From Archangium sp. (lineage in GTDB: Bacteria; Myxococcota; Myxococcia; Myxococcales; Myxococcaceae): a DNA stretch of 64,000 bases. Every line of letters begins with the position of its first letter. Position 1 is the stretch's first letter. A program made the position numbers and the translations under genes. The stretch covers positions 16,304 through 80,303 of the forward strand of contig JANLPS010000176.1 in NCBI GenBank assembly GCA_031367385.1, given 5' to 3'. The notes below the pieces were generated by a model. The model saw only the letters and a list, made by a program, of their open reading frames with translations, did not search any database and had not been told where the DNA came from. Positions 20,131 to 30,500 of this stretch are shown here, in pieces.

Positions 20131-20988
20131 TCAGCGGCTCGAGGCGCAGCGAAAGCCATTGTTGTTGAACGGCGCGTCGGGCACGGTTTTGCCCCGCGCG
20201 AAGAGCCCGTACCCGGTGCAGGTGTGCTTCGAGCACCACCATGAACCGCCACGGGCGACCTTGCGGCTGCCGCGGGTGGGCGGGCTGTGGCGTCGGTAGG
20301 CGTCATCGGCGTACCAGTCATCGACCCACTGCCAGAGGTTGCCGACCGGGTCGTACACCCCCCACGCGTTGGGAGCGAACGCGCGCACCGGCGAGAGGTA
20401 GAGGTAGCCGTCGGCGGTGAGGTTCTTGGTGTGCGGGCCTTGCCAGAAGTTGAGCCCCAGGCCTCCGTCAGGCCGTGTCGGCGCGTCACCCCAGGGGAAA
20501 CGGGTGCTGGCGCCGGCGCGCATGGCGTACTCCCACTCGGCTTCGGTGGGCAGGCGGCGACCAGCGGCTTGGCAAAAGGCGTACGCGTCAGACCAGCTGA
20601 TCATCGTCACGGGCCAGTCGTCGGCGATGGCGATGCTCGCATGGGTGCCAAAGGGTGCACGCCACGAGGCGCCGGGGGTCTTGACCCACTCCCATTCTTT
20701 GAGGCCCTCGGTGGCGACCATGCCGTAGCCGAGGCGCTCGGCCGAGGTGACGAAGTGGGTCGCTTCAACGAAGGCGCGAAAGTCGGCGAGGGTGACCAGC
20801 GTGGCATCGAACGAAAACGCAGCGACGTGAACGCGGTGCGCGGGGTGCTCGTCATCGTTGCCTCCGAAGTCGCGACCCATCACGAAATCGCCTTCGGGCA
20901 GCTCGACGAGGCGAGCGTGCGCATCGGCGCGGGAGACGAGCGCCACCAACGCTCCGAATGCGACGAGCGCTATTCGCCGGGGGTGCAC
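20131..20988 (-). CDS. Formylglycine-generating enzyme (FGE-sulfatase) family protein
   Basis: FVMG, RLPTEAEWEYA, PNAWGVYDPVGNLWQW, RGGSWWCSKHTC and NNGFRC motifs; N-terminal signal-like segment; start inferred. Confidence 0.9.
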   Translation of the reverse strand: MHPRRIALVAFGALVALVSRADAHARLVELPEGDFVMGRDFGGNDDEHPAHRVHVAAFSFDATLVTLADFRAFVEATHFVTSAERLGYGMVATEGLKEWEWVKTPGASWRAPFGTHASIAIADDWPVTMISWSDAYAFCQAAGRRLPTEAEWEYAMRAGASTRFPWGDAPTRPDGGLGLNFWQGPHTKNLTADGYLYLSPVRAFAPNAWGVYDPVGNLWQWVDDWYADDAYRRHSPPTRGSRKVARGGSWWCSKHTCTGYGLFARGKTVPDAPFNNNGFRCASSR

Positions 20989-21707
20989 CAATCGAGGCAC
21001 TCCGCGGCGTTGTGGGGAAATTTCGCGGCGCAGTGCTTTGCGTCTTGGTCTCGCTCGGAGGCCTCGAGCTGGCAGCTGGTGATTGCGTCGCAGTCGGGGC
21101 AAAGGCGCTTCAAGCGAACCTGGGCTTCGGCTTCGCAGCGGCTCATCGCGGCGTCGCAGGTGGTGGTTCGGCAGGTCTCGAGCCTGCCGAGGCATTGCAC
21201 GCGGCAGTCGACCCGGCTCGTGGCGCACGCGGTGATGCAGGCGGCGGCGCCATTGCATTGGCTCTTGCACGAGTCACAGCGGTCGGCGCAGACGCTCTGG
21301 CAGGTGTGGCACGGGTCGGCGCAGGCATCGCGGCACTTCTCGACGCCCTCCCAGCAACCGAACGTATCAGGTGAGCAGTTCTGGTCGAACATGCGCGCGT
21401 CGCACTCACCAGCGTCGGGGTGGGTGCCGTCCATGTCTTCGAAGGTGAGGGTGACGTGGTGGTGGCAGTCGGCGGTGAAAGCGGCGATCAACGCTTCAGT
21501 CGATGGTGCGTTCTCGGTGACTTCGCTGGGCAGCGCGATGGCGCCGTCGGTGGGCTCGGTGGTGGCGGCCGGCACGGCTGAAGTCGCGAGGGTGGTGGCG
21601 GTGACCGCGGGGCCTGCATCGATTGGCGCCGACGGGCTGCGCTGGCAGCCGCCGCAGGTGCAGCTCGAGAGAACAAATAGAGCAGAGAGCCACAGAAGCA
21701 GGCGCAT
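20970..21707 (-). CDS. Cys-rich lipoprotein (CxxxC repeats)
   Basis: LSSC lipobox; long array of CxxxC and CxxC spacings. Confidence 0.8.
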   Translation of the reverse strand: MRLLLWLSALFVLSSCTCGGCQRSPSAPIDAGPAVTATTLATSAVPAATTEPTDGAIALPSEVTENAPSTEALIAAFTADCHHHVTLTFEDMDGTHPDAGECDARMFDQNCSPDTFGCWEGVEKCRDACADPCHTCQSVCADRCDSCKSQCNGAAACITACATSRVDCRVQCLGRLETCRTTTCDAAMSRCEAEAQVRLKRLCPDCDAITSCQLEASERDQDAKHCAAKFPHNAAECLDWCTPGE

Positions 21708-21910
21708 GCTCTGCTTCAAATCAGAACGCCGCCGGGTTGTCGCTTGGCGCGGGAGCGCGCCCTCCGCTGGTCGTGGCCACGCGCGGGCGCTTTCACAGGC
21801 ACGTCACGAGCTCGTCTCCCCACCAGGGTACTCGGAGCCGCATGGTCCGTGCGATGCCTTCAAAGAGCTGCGTGAACGGTCGTCGGTTGGGCGTCATCGG
21901 GCATCTGTCG

Positions 21911-21945
21911 TACAAATATGTCCCGACAATCGGGACATATTTGTA
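21911..21945. repeat. Perfect 16-bp inverted repeat with a 3-nt spacer
   Basis: TACAAATATGTCCCGA-CAA-TCGGGACATATTTGTA. Confidence 0.95.
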
Positions 21946-22010
21946 ACTCCATCTGTAACCTCAGCGAGCCGCTCCAAACGCATCTGCGCTCCCCGAAGCA
22001 CCGAGCGGAG

Positions 22011-24137
22011 TCATCGAGGCTGCTTCGCCGGCTGCGGCGCCTGAACAGAAGCATCAACCGCGTCGGTGCGAATCACCGCGCCCTTCGCCAAGCGCGTCGT
22101 CGCGTCGTGGAGCACCTGCAGATGTTGCACCAGGCGGTCGAGCTGACCTCGCAGCAATGGCTCGGCATCGGCCGAGGCGATGCCCATCGTGGTCAACGGC
22201 TCCGGCGGCCTTCGGTCTGTGCACGCCTGGGCCAACTCGAGCAGCACGCCTTCACACGCCTGGGCCAGCTCGGCGGGCAGCTCCGGGCGCCCGGGCAGCG
22301 TGGTGACCGCCAGCGCTGACCAGCAGAACCGACGCATGTACAACAACATCGTGATCACCGGCTCGAGCTCGTGCTCCGCCACCGCTCGCTCGGCCACGAA
22401 GCGCTGGAGCGAGACGTCGGCGTTGTTGACCGACACGCCGAAGGCGCGCCGGGCCACCGCCAGCGTGTCGGCGGTCGCTCGGGGCTTGGCGGCAATCACC
22501 TCGAGCAGGCGCCGCTGGGCGCTCAAGGCACGGGCGAGCTCATCGGCGATTCGCGAGCGCTCCGAGCTGGGCCAGAAGACGCGCGAGGCGATCAGCGCCA
22601 CCACGCCGGCGACCGTGGTGGTCGCTGCGCGCAGCCCCGCCAGCCGCCAATCGAGGCCATTGACCTGCGCGAGCAACACGAAGGTCGGCGTGAGCAACGT
22701 TGAATACAACGCATAGTTCACCTGAATCACCGACACGCTCACCGCGCTCATCACCATGCACACGAAGATGAGGTACTTCGGGTCTGGCAGCAGCGAAGCG
22801 ATGGCGACGGCGAGCAGGGCTCCGATGACGGTGCCGCCGATGCGTTGCACGCTGCGCAACAGGGTCGCTGGAGCATGCGGCTGCAGCACCACCAGCATGG
22901 TGATGGTGGCCCAATAGCCGTGATCGATTTCGAACGCGGTCGTCACGCCGACCGACGCCGCAACCAACAGCCCGACTCGCACCGCATGCCGGGCTTCGAC
23001 CGAGTCGACCGAGATCGCCGCGCGCAGGGCGATGAACCATGGCGTGGTTGGCTCCTGAACCGCGTTCGACACCGGGGTCACCGTCGCCAGCGTCTGCTCG
23101 ATGGCGGTCAGAAGCTCGGCCATGTGCAGCACCTGCGCGCGGGGCAGTGGCGCGAGCGGAGGCTGCGCGGTCTCGAGGGCTCCAATCAGCGCATTCGTCG
23201 AGAGGGTGGGCCGCGGCACGGCCGCGTCTTCGTTTTCGTCGACCGCGAACTCGGCGAGCGCGTGGCATGCGGTGGCGATTTCGCGCAACACCTGGCGCAG
23301 AGGAGGCTCAATGGCTGTCAGTGAGTTGCTCGCCCTGGCCGTCTCGAGCCCCTCACTGACCGAGATCACCCGCGCGAAGGCCTGATCGGCGGTCTGGAGC
23401 AGCCCGAGCAACCAGGCTCCCTTGCCGCTGGTGCCTCGGCTGTTGCCTCGAATCGAGGCCAGGTGCGAGCGCGCAGCCTCGACGGCCAATCGCACCCCGG
23501 TGTGGTCTCGCCGCAGCTGTTCGTGCCAGTCGCGCGTGCCGGCGTCGGCCACCTGATCACCGAGGTTTTCGGCATGAAGACCCAACGCCTGAAACACCGA
23601 GGCGACAGCCCGCCGCGCCGGAGCGAACACCCGAACAGGCCACACGACCAACCCCAGCAACGCCGCCCACCCGATGCCCAGCGCGACCACCGCCGCGCGC
23701 TCAATGGCCAGGGAGGCGGTCGGCTCGGGTTGGGCGACCGAGAGCAAGAACATCAGCGAAGAGATGGTGCCGACGCTGATGGCTTCAGTGCCGAACACGC
23801 GGGCGAGGGCGCCGGTGGTCACCACGATGAAGCCCAAGGCGACGCTCCACGGCAGTGATTCGCCGGCCAGCGAGCCCACGAAGACCGTCACGCAGCTGGC
23901 GACCATGAGCGCGGCGAAGGTTCGGGCGCGGGTCGCATAGGCGCCTCCCTTGTCGGTGGTGGTCGCGCAGAACCCGGCGATGCCAGCCCAGCGGTATGAC
24001 GGGTGAGCGAGCGCCACGCCAACGAGCAGCGGCACGAAGGTCGACGCCGCGGCGCGAAGGCCGAGCAAGATGGCGAATTGTTTTCGGTCGAGCCGGGTGG
24101 CTTCCTGGAGCGGCCGTACGACGTAGGCCAGACGCAT
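22011..24137 (-). CDS. FUSC / YccS-YhfK family membrane protein
   Basis: Two TM blocks; RHAVRVG...DHGYWATIT..VVLQP...RSVQRIGGTVIG. Confidence 0.9.
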   Translation of the reverse strand: MRLAYVVRPLQEATRLDRKQFAILLGLRAAASTFVPLLVGVALAHPSYRWAGIAGFCATTTDKGGAYATRARTFAALMVASCVTVFVGSLAGESLPWSVALGFIVVTTGALARVFGTEAISVGTISSLMFLLSVAQPEPTASLAIERAAVVALGIGWAALLGLVVWPVRVFAPARRAVASVFQALGLHAENLGDQVADAGTRDWHEQLRRDHTGVRLAVEAARSHLASIRGNSRGTSGKGAWLLGLLQTADQAFARVISVSEGLETARASNSLTAIEPPLRQVLREIATACHALAEFAVDENEDAAVPRPTLSTNALIGALETAQPPLAPLPRAQVLHMAELLTAIEQTLATVTPVSNAVQEPTTPWFIALRAAISVDSVEARHAVRVGLLVAASVGVTTAFEIDHGYWATITMLVVLQPHAPATLLRSVQRIGGTVIGALLAVAIASLLPDPKYLIFVCMVMSAVSVSVIQVNYALYSTLLTPTFVLLAQVNGLDWRLAGLRAATTTVAGVVALIASRVFWPSSERSRIADELARALSAQRRLLEVIAAKPRATADTLAVARRAFGVSVNNADVSLQRFVAERAVAEHELEPVITMLLYMRRFCWSALAVTTLPGRPELPAELAQACEGVLLELAQACTDRRPPEPLTTMGIASADAEPLLRGQLDRLVQHLQVLHDATTRLAKGAVIRTDAVDASVQAPQPAKQPR

Positions 24138-24263
24138 TTCGCGGGGCAACGTATACCCGCGGGGCGCCGAGGGCCCGTTTGCCTGCGGCTTCGGGCACTT
24201 CAGGGCTTCTCGACGTGGTGTCTTTTGCTGTTGCCGCCAAGCCGACCCGGCTAGTTGAAACGC

Positions 24264-25214
24264 ATGAATACGACTCGGCAGCTGGGCAACTCGTCGGTGA
24301 TGGTGGCGCCGTTGGCGTTGGGCGGCAACGTGTTCGGGTGGACGATTGACGAGGCGACCTCGTTCTCGGTGCTCGATGCGTTCGTCGACGAGGGGCTGAA
24401 CCTCATCGACACGGCTGACGTGTATTCAGCCTGGGCGCCGGGCAATCAGGGCGGCGAGTCGGAGCGCATCATCGGCAAGTGGCTCAAGCGCAGCGGCAAG
24501 CGTGACAAGGTCGTGCTCGCGACCAAGGTCGGCCAGTGGGCCACGCACCTCGGGCTCGGCGCGGCGACCATCGAGGCGGCGGTGAACGATTCGCTGCAGC
24601 GCCTGCAGACTGACGTGATTGATGTGTATCAGTCGCACAAAGATGACCCGGCGACTCCGCTCGAAGAGACGATGACGGCATTCGCCAAGCTCGTGCAGCA
24701 GGGCAAGGTGCGGGTGCTCGGCGCGTCGAATTATTCGGCGCAGCGGCTTGCAGAGGCGCTGGCAGTGAGCCTTCGCCTGGGGCTGCCACGGTTCGAGAGC
24801 CTTCAGCCTGAGTACAATGTCTATGACCGGGCGGGGTATGAGGCGCAGCTCGAACCGCTGGTGCTCAAAGAGAAGATCGGCGTCATTGGGTACTTCTCGT
24901 TGGCGCGCGGTTTCTTGACCGGGAAGTACCGGAGCGAAGCTGACTTGAAGCAAAGCGCTCGAGGGGCCGGAGTAAAAGGGTACTTGAACCCGCGGGGTGA
25001 GCGAATCTTGAAGGCGCTCGATGAGGTCGCGAAGCAGCGCGGCGCGACGATGGCGCAGGTGTCGTTGGCGTGGTTGATGGCACGGCCGGGCATCACGGCT
25101 CCGATTGCGAGCGCGACGAGCGTGACGCAATTGAAAGACATCGCTGGGGCGATGCGGGTGGTGCTCAGTGGTGACGACGTACGGGTGATTGATCAGGCCA
25201 GCGCGGGCGGGTGA
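24264..25214 (+). CDS. Aldo/keto reductase
   Basis: LGGNVFGW, IDTADVYS, ATKVG, SLQRLQTDVID and GASN motifs. Confidence 0.95.
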   Translation: MNTTRQLGNSSVMVAPLALGGNVFGWTIDEATSFSVLDAFVDEGLNLIDTADVYSAWAPGNQGGESERIIGKWLKRSGKRDKVVLATKVGQWATHLGLGAATIEAAVNDSLQRLQTDVIDVYQSHKDDPATPLEETMTAFAKLVQQGKVRVLGASNYSAQRLAEALAVSLRLGLPRFESLQPEYNVYDRAGYEAQLEPLVLKEKIGVIGYFSLARGFLTGKYRSEADLKQSARGAGVKGYLNPRGERILKALDEVAKQRGATMAQVSLAWLMARPGITAPIASATSVTQLKDIAGAMRVVLSGDDVRVIDQASAGG

Positions 25215-25230
25215 TGGCTGGTGCACACGC

Positions 25231-26940
25231 TCAAAACGCCGACTGCTCGAACACGAAGTTGTTGCTGACGATCACCGGCCCCCCGCGCGCTGGAGGAAAC
25301 CGCCAGGTCTTCAACTTGCTCATGATGCAGCCCGTGACCGCGCCCGAGTCGCGCAGGGTCGCTCCGAGCAACCGAACCGAGGCCACCGTGCCCGAGGTGT
25401 CGATTCGCCACTCGAGCTTCGCCGAGCCTCGCAACCCGCTTTGGGTCAGCAGCGCCGTTTCGTAACAGGCTGAGATCTCCGAGGTGTGATCTCGAATCAC
25501 CTTCGCCACGCTGTCGCGATCAATCGTGCCGTTCGAGTCCTTCGTGACTCGCAGGCTCCGCTCACCGTCGGTTACCCGACCGACCACGGCACCCCGCCCG
25601 GTTCGACCACTGCTCAGCGCACCCGCCGAGCCGATGCCCACCGGAGACGATCCCGCGCCCAGCCCGATGCTCCCGCCCAGTGAATTGCCGCTCGGTAACC
25701 CCGCGACGAGAGAGCCGCCACGAGCTCCCGTGGCATGGCCCTTCCCCACCCCTAGGTTTCTCAAAGTTACTTCGATGCCAGCGATGCTGCCGGTCAGACC
25801 CTTAGGCAACGAGGGCACCTTGAACCTCGAGGGCTGCGCAGGGCTCCGTGACGCCGAGCGGGTCTTGGTCGAGGCACTCGATTCAGACGGCGGAGCGCTC
25901 ACCGGCGGCTCTTTCGGAGGCGGCCGCATCGGGTGAACCGGCAGCGACGGAAGACGTCGAGGCTCGAAGCGATCATCAACAGGCGCATCGACGAAGCTCA
26001 GCCCCACGGGCACACAGGCAAAGAGCATCGCCAACACGACCACCAACCTCGGCAGCTGCACCAACGGGCCGCGCGCGACCTTCGCTTCACGCTCGACCAA
26101 CGACGCGCCCAGCGTCAACCCACCCGCGCCCTCGAGCTCGAGCGGAGCACCTGGCGCGACCAGCTCGCCCAGCCGAGCGCGGCCCCAAAACACGCGGTAC
26201 CCCGTACCTTCTGGCTCGACCTTGAGCAGGCCAGCGCCCAGCGGTTCGAAGAGCGATGCCGGCACGGGCTGCGCGTCGAATGAACGCACTGCCAGACGCT
26301 GTGCGCCCCACCGCAGCTCGAGCTTGAGCACGGGCCGCTCGGCGCGATGAACGATCTCCGTCTTGGCCTCAATCACCTCTGGTACCGGCGCGACGGCGAG
26401 CAGCCTCGGCGCACTCCGCTCGTCCCACCGGTCGGTCACCACTCGGGCCCGCAGTGTCCACGGGCCCAGCTGCAACTCGTCGATGGGCCGCAAGAGGCCG
26501 CCGCGAACCCGGTTGCCGTTGATGTACAGCGGCCCGGCGTCGGCCTCGGCCGACACTTGACCTTCGTGAAAGCGCAGCCGCGCGTGCCGAAGCGCAGTCA
26601 ATTCCTCGAGCTCCAGATCCGCTCCCACCGCCCCGATGATCCATTCTCCTGCGCTGAACATCTCGGTGCCGACGAGCAAACCGTCGCGCAGAATGATCAC
26701 CTGCATCAACCCCGCGGCGGCGACGCGCACCGGCTTCGGCCGCGGAGGCGTACTCGGCACCGTCGAGGCCGAATACAAGCTGCGCAGCGACTTGAGCCGC
26801 GAGGCACACTCGCCGCACTCGGCGACGTGACGCTCGAGCTGCCGGGCTTCATCTGAACCGGGCGACTCGCCCAACAACCACCGGTCGAAGCGCAGATCAG
26901 ACGCGCACTCGGCTTCACGACGGCGGGCAAGCACGCTCAC
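25231..26940 (-). CDS. Anti-sigma (zf-HC2) + FHA-like + TM + AgmX/PglI-type TonB-C fusion protein
   Basis: HVAECGEC zinc motif; FHA-like (RHARL...LYINGNRV...LRPIDELQLG); TM; Gly-rich linker; C-terminal ISACYE...GCIMSKLKTWRFPPARGG; GTGA overlap with the sigma gene. Confidence 0.8.
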   Translation of the reverse strand: MSVLARRREAECASDLRFDRWLLGESPGSDEARQLERHVAECGECASRLKSLRSLYSASTVPSTPPRPKPVRVAAAGLMQVIILRDGLLVGTEMFSAGEWIIGAVGADLELEELTALRHARLRFHEGQVSAEADAGPLYINGNRVRGGLLRPIDELQLGPWTLRARVVTDRWDERSAPRLLAVAPVPEVIEAKTEIVHRAERPVLKLELRWGAQRLAVRSFDAQPVPASLFEPLGAGLLKVEPEGTGYRVFWGRARLGELVAPGAPLELEGAGGLTLGASLVEREAKVARGPLVQLPRLVVVLAMLFACVPVGLSFVDAPVDDRFEPRRLPSLPVHPMRPPPKEPPVSAPPSESSASTKTRSASRSPAQPSRFKVPSLPKGLTGSIAGIEVTLRNLGVGKGHATGARGGSLVAGLPSGNSLGGSIGLGAGSSPVGIGSAGALSSGRTGRGAVVGRVTDGERSLRVTKDSNGTIDRDSVAKVIRDHTSEISACYETALLTQSGLRGSAKLEWRIDTSGTVASVRLLGATLRDSGAVTGCIMSKLKTWRFPPARGGPVIVSNNFVFEQSAF

Positions 26941-27440
26941 AGGGCCACCTTCTGCTCGAGCTGCCCAGCGGCGATTCGCGCGGCAGCGTGAAACTCGACC
27001 AACCGGTTGCCGACGGTGCGCCGCGACACACCACACACCGCGGCGATCTCTTCGTGGCTCATCTGGTCGAGGTAGAAATACACCGCCACCTCGCGCAGTG
27101 CTTCAGGCACCCGCGCCAGCACCGCCGAGAGCGTCAACCGCTCATCGAGGCTCACCTCTTCTGGCCGCGCGGGCTCGCCGCTCTCAGTGACTTGCGGCAC
27201 CTCACCCCGGCGCTGGCGATCGCGCAGTACGTTGAGGCACTGGTTGGTGGTCGCGCGGTACAGGTAGGTAATCGGCGAGGCCTCGGCGCGAAATTCGCTG
27301 AACGAGCGCATCACCTTGAGAAACACTTCTTGCGCCGCGTCGCGGGCCAGGTGCTCATCACCCAACATCGCCCGAGCCCGCCGGAGCACCGACGCGCCAT
27401 ATTTGGCGTACAGCGCTTCAGCCGGGTGCGGTGCCTTCAC
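26937..27440 (-). CDS. ECF RNA polymerase sigma factor
   Basis: ARDAAQEVFLK (region 2), TYLYRATTNQCLN, MSHEEIAAVCGVSRRTV (region 4). Confidence 0.92.
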   Translation of the reverse strand: MKAPHPAEALYAKYGASVLRRARAMLGDEHLARDAAQEVFLKVMRSFSEFRAEASPITYLYRATTNQCLNVLRDRQRRGEVPQVTESGEPARPEEVSLDERLTLSAVLARVPEALREVAVYFYLDQMSHEEIAAVCGVSRRTVGNRLVEFHAAARIAAGQLEQKVAL

Positions 27441-27505
27441 GAGCCCTTGGACACCGCCCCGCGAAAAACCGGCAAACTTTCGTAAGGCCTCGGGGTTGCT
27501 GGATT

Positions 27506-30500
27506 TTAATTCACCAGCGGCTCAGTTTCAGCCGTCGCCGCGCGCACCGTGGGGATGCCGTCGACGTAGGAGAGAATCGTACCCATCACCGCCGGCACCC
27601 GGGGCCCGGGGGTGACCAGGCCGGTCAAGTTGAGCGGGTCAGCGGCCGAGATGTCGATCACCTCGCCCTTCTTTTCAAGCCGCCGGGTCGAGCGAGCCAG
27701 GTCGACCGCGTCGGGCAGCGCGAACTGCTCGCCGGCGAAGCCCGAGAGAAAACGGCCTCCGCGAATCTCGCCGCGGGCCTCGAGGCGACGGTACAAGAAC
27801 AGCAGCTCGCGCCACGGAGGACACAGGGGCTCACGCACCACCAGGTCTCGAAAGACGATGCCGTAGCGGTTGAGCAAGAGCCAGGCGCGCTTCTCGTCGA
27901 GTTCGGTGGGCTCGCAGCGTTCGACGCTCTGCAGCAGTGACCAGCGGCCAGGGCCTCCGCGCTGAGTGGCGCGTTGACGCTTTCGAAGCTTGGGCGACTG
28001 CAGCACGCGCAGGTTTTGAACGGCATCAGCGGTAACCAGGCCGTGAGCCAACAGCTCCCAGAGGGCGTCTTCGACCTCGGTCGGCAACCGACGAGCGCTG
28101 GTCTGCAGCTCGGCGAAGAACGAGGCCCCTCGGCGCTCGAGCACTTGCAGCACTTCGCGGGCGTGCGCGCTCAGCGACTCGGGCCAGGGCCTCGGGCCAT
28201 CGGCGAGCATCTCGTCGGGGCGTGCGGCCTGTAGCAGCCAATCGAGATCTGCTCTGCGAGCAAAAGTCAGCGACGCGTTGCGACTGACCCCCACCGTTCG
28301 CACCGAAGGGCTCGAAGGCCCCTGCAGCCCCGAGTCACCCCGGGCCGCCATGCCCTCAGCGCTGGCCGCACCCGCCGGGTCAGTCGCATTCTCGGTGCCG
28401 ACGACGCGCTGCGCACCTGTCACGCGCTGACCTCCAGCGACGCCATCGGGCTGCCGTGAGGGCTGCGTCACCTCGACCCCACGTCGTGGCCCCGGTGCCG
28501 GCTTCGGTTCGCGCAAGGTCAACCGCCCCCACGCCACCTCACCGCCGAAGCAGGCGTGCTCGAGCCACTCACCCACATACTGCTTCATGCGCGCAGGAAA
28601 AATCGCCTGCTCCCAGGCCGCGGCCGGAGCCTCATAGCCCTGCAGCATCGAGATCACCTTCGCCAGCCCGCCCGGGCCCCGCAGCTCGCGCGCCGACCCC
28701 ATGCGATGCCAGCGAAACAAGAACCGCATGAAGTCTTGCGCAGACAGCGGCTCGATCTCCCGGCGCAGCCGGCCGACGGTGAGGCGGTGAATGCGCTGCA
28801 GCAACCTGCGGTCGCACCACTCCAGCTCGCGCTCACCCTCGCTCGGGGCAGGCAGCGCCCGAAATTGCCCTCGCAGCACCTGGCCCACCGACTCGAGCTT
28901 GAACAGCGCGCCCTCGACATCGAAGCGACCCAACCCCAAAAACTGCATCAGCTCGGGCACGGTGCACGGCCCGGCAGTCTCGACCCACCCGCGCACCACG
29001 GTTCGCGCAGCGCTCTCGCGCTCGACCGGCACATCGCCCGGCAGCGGCTCGAGCGCCGTCACCACCTCGGGGAAGAGCGCGCGCACCAGCGGCACGCGCT
29101 CTGCGGCATAGGCCCACTGTCGACCCTCGACACAGAGCACCGCGGCGCGGTTCTGCGCCTGCAACGACTCGAGCCACGAGGCCTCGAAGGGCAACGACGG
29201 CAGCGGCAGCAACCCCACTTGCAGCATCGCGTCGTGCAGCTCTTCGACGTCGCGAATGACCATCTTCGCTTCTTCGACCACCTGATCAATCGCGCTCGCG
29301 TCGAGAGCGCCAAGATCATTCGCCTGCGTCGCGGGTATGGTTCGTCGAACATTGACCGCGCGGGCCCGGCGTTCTTCGAGGGGCGCGTCATCGAGAAACG
29401 TATACGGCGCCGAATTCAACATCGCGTGCGCGAACACCGACGGCTCTGGCAAATCGACCGCGACCTTGCGAATCGAGCCGGCTTTCATTGCCTTGAGCAC
29501 GGCGATCAGGCCGTCGATGTCCATCAAGTCGTGGGTGCAGTCTTTCATCGTCTCGTTGATCAGCGGGTGATCAGGAGGCTCGATTTCCTTGCCGCCATGA
29601 TTATCCTGGCAGCCGATCTGCTCGGGGAACACTGCGCCGATGAGGTCTTCAGCCCGCGCCCGCTGAATCGGCGGAGGCACCCGCTTGCCGTTTTGCTGCC
29701 GCGACAGCACCAGCGCCCGGCCCGGGGCCCAGCGAAACCGGGTGCCGAACATCGGCGCCTGCAGCACCGCCTGATCGAGCACGTGCGCCGCGGTATTCGG
29801 CGAGACGAAATCGAAAATATCGATGAGGGGAAAGCTGTGTTGCTCACCCAGCGACAACAGAATGCCGTCATCGCTCGCGGCCGCCTGCAGCTCGAAGTCG
29901 AACGCGCGGCAGAACGACTTGCGAAGCGCGAGGCCCCAGGCTCGATTGATCCGCGCTCCGAAGGGAGAGTGAATGATCAGCTGCATGCCTCCGGCTTCAT
30001 CGAAGAACCGCTCGGCGACCAGGGTCTGCTGAGTGGGTACCGCGGTCAACGCCGCGTGCCCGGCGCGCACATAGCGCACCAGCAGATCAGCCGCGAAGGG
30101 TGAGAGCTTGAACGCCTGCTCGAGCCAGGTGGTGGGCGCGTCGTGGCGAATCACGTCTTCTCGCAGCTTCGCCACCGCGCTCGACAACTCGTCGGTGCGC
30201 GCTGGAGCCTCACCATTCCAAAAGGGGATGCTGGGCGGCTGGCCGTTGGCGCTCTCGACCCGCAAGTCACCATCGAAGATTCGTCGAATCTTCCACGCGG
30301 TGCTGCCGAGCACGAAGACCTGGCCCGGCATCGAGTCGATCGCGAAGTCTTCATCGACGGTGCCGACCTGTTTCTCTTCGGGCTCGGCGATGACGCGGTA
30401 GCTGAAGACGTCGGGTATCGCTCCGCCGTTTTGCAGGGCCATCAACCGGGCGCCCTTGCGGGCCTTGAGCCACCCGTTGACGCGATCTCGGTGCACGTGC

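Noticed and set aside
20287..22044. 585-aa plus-strand ORF
   Set aside because: Antisense to the FGE and Cys-rich lipoprotein genes; no motifs
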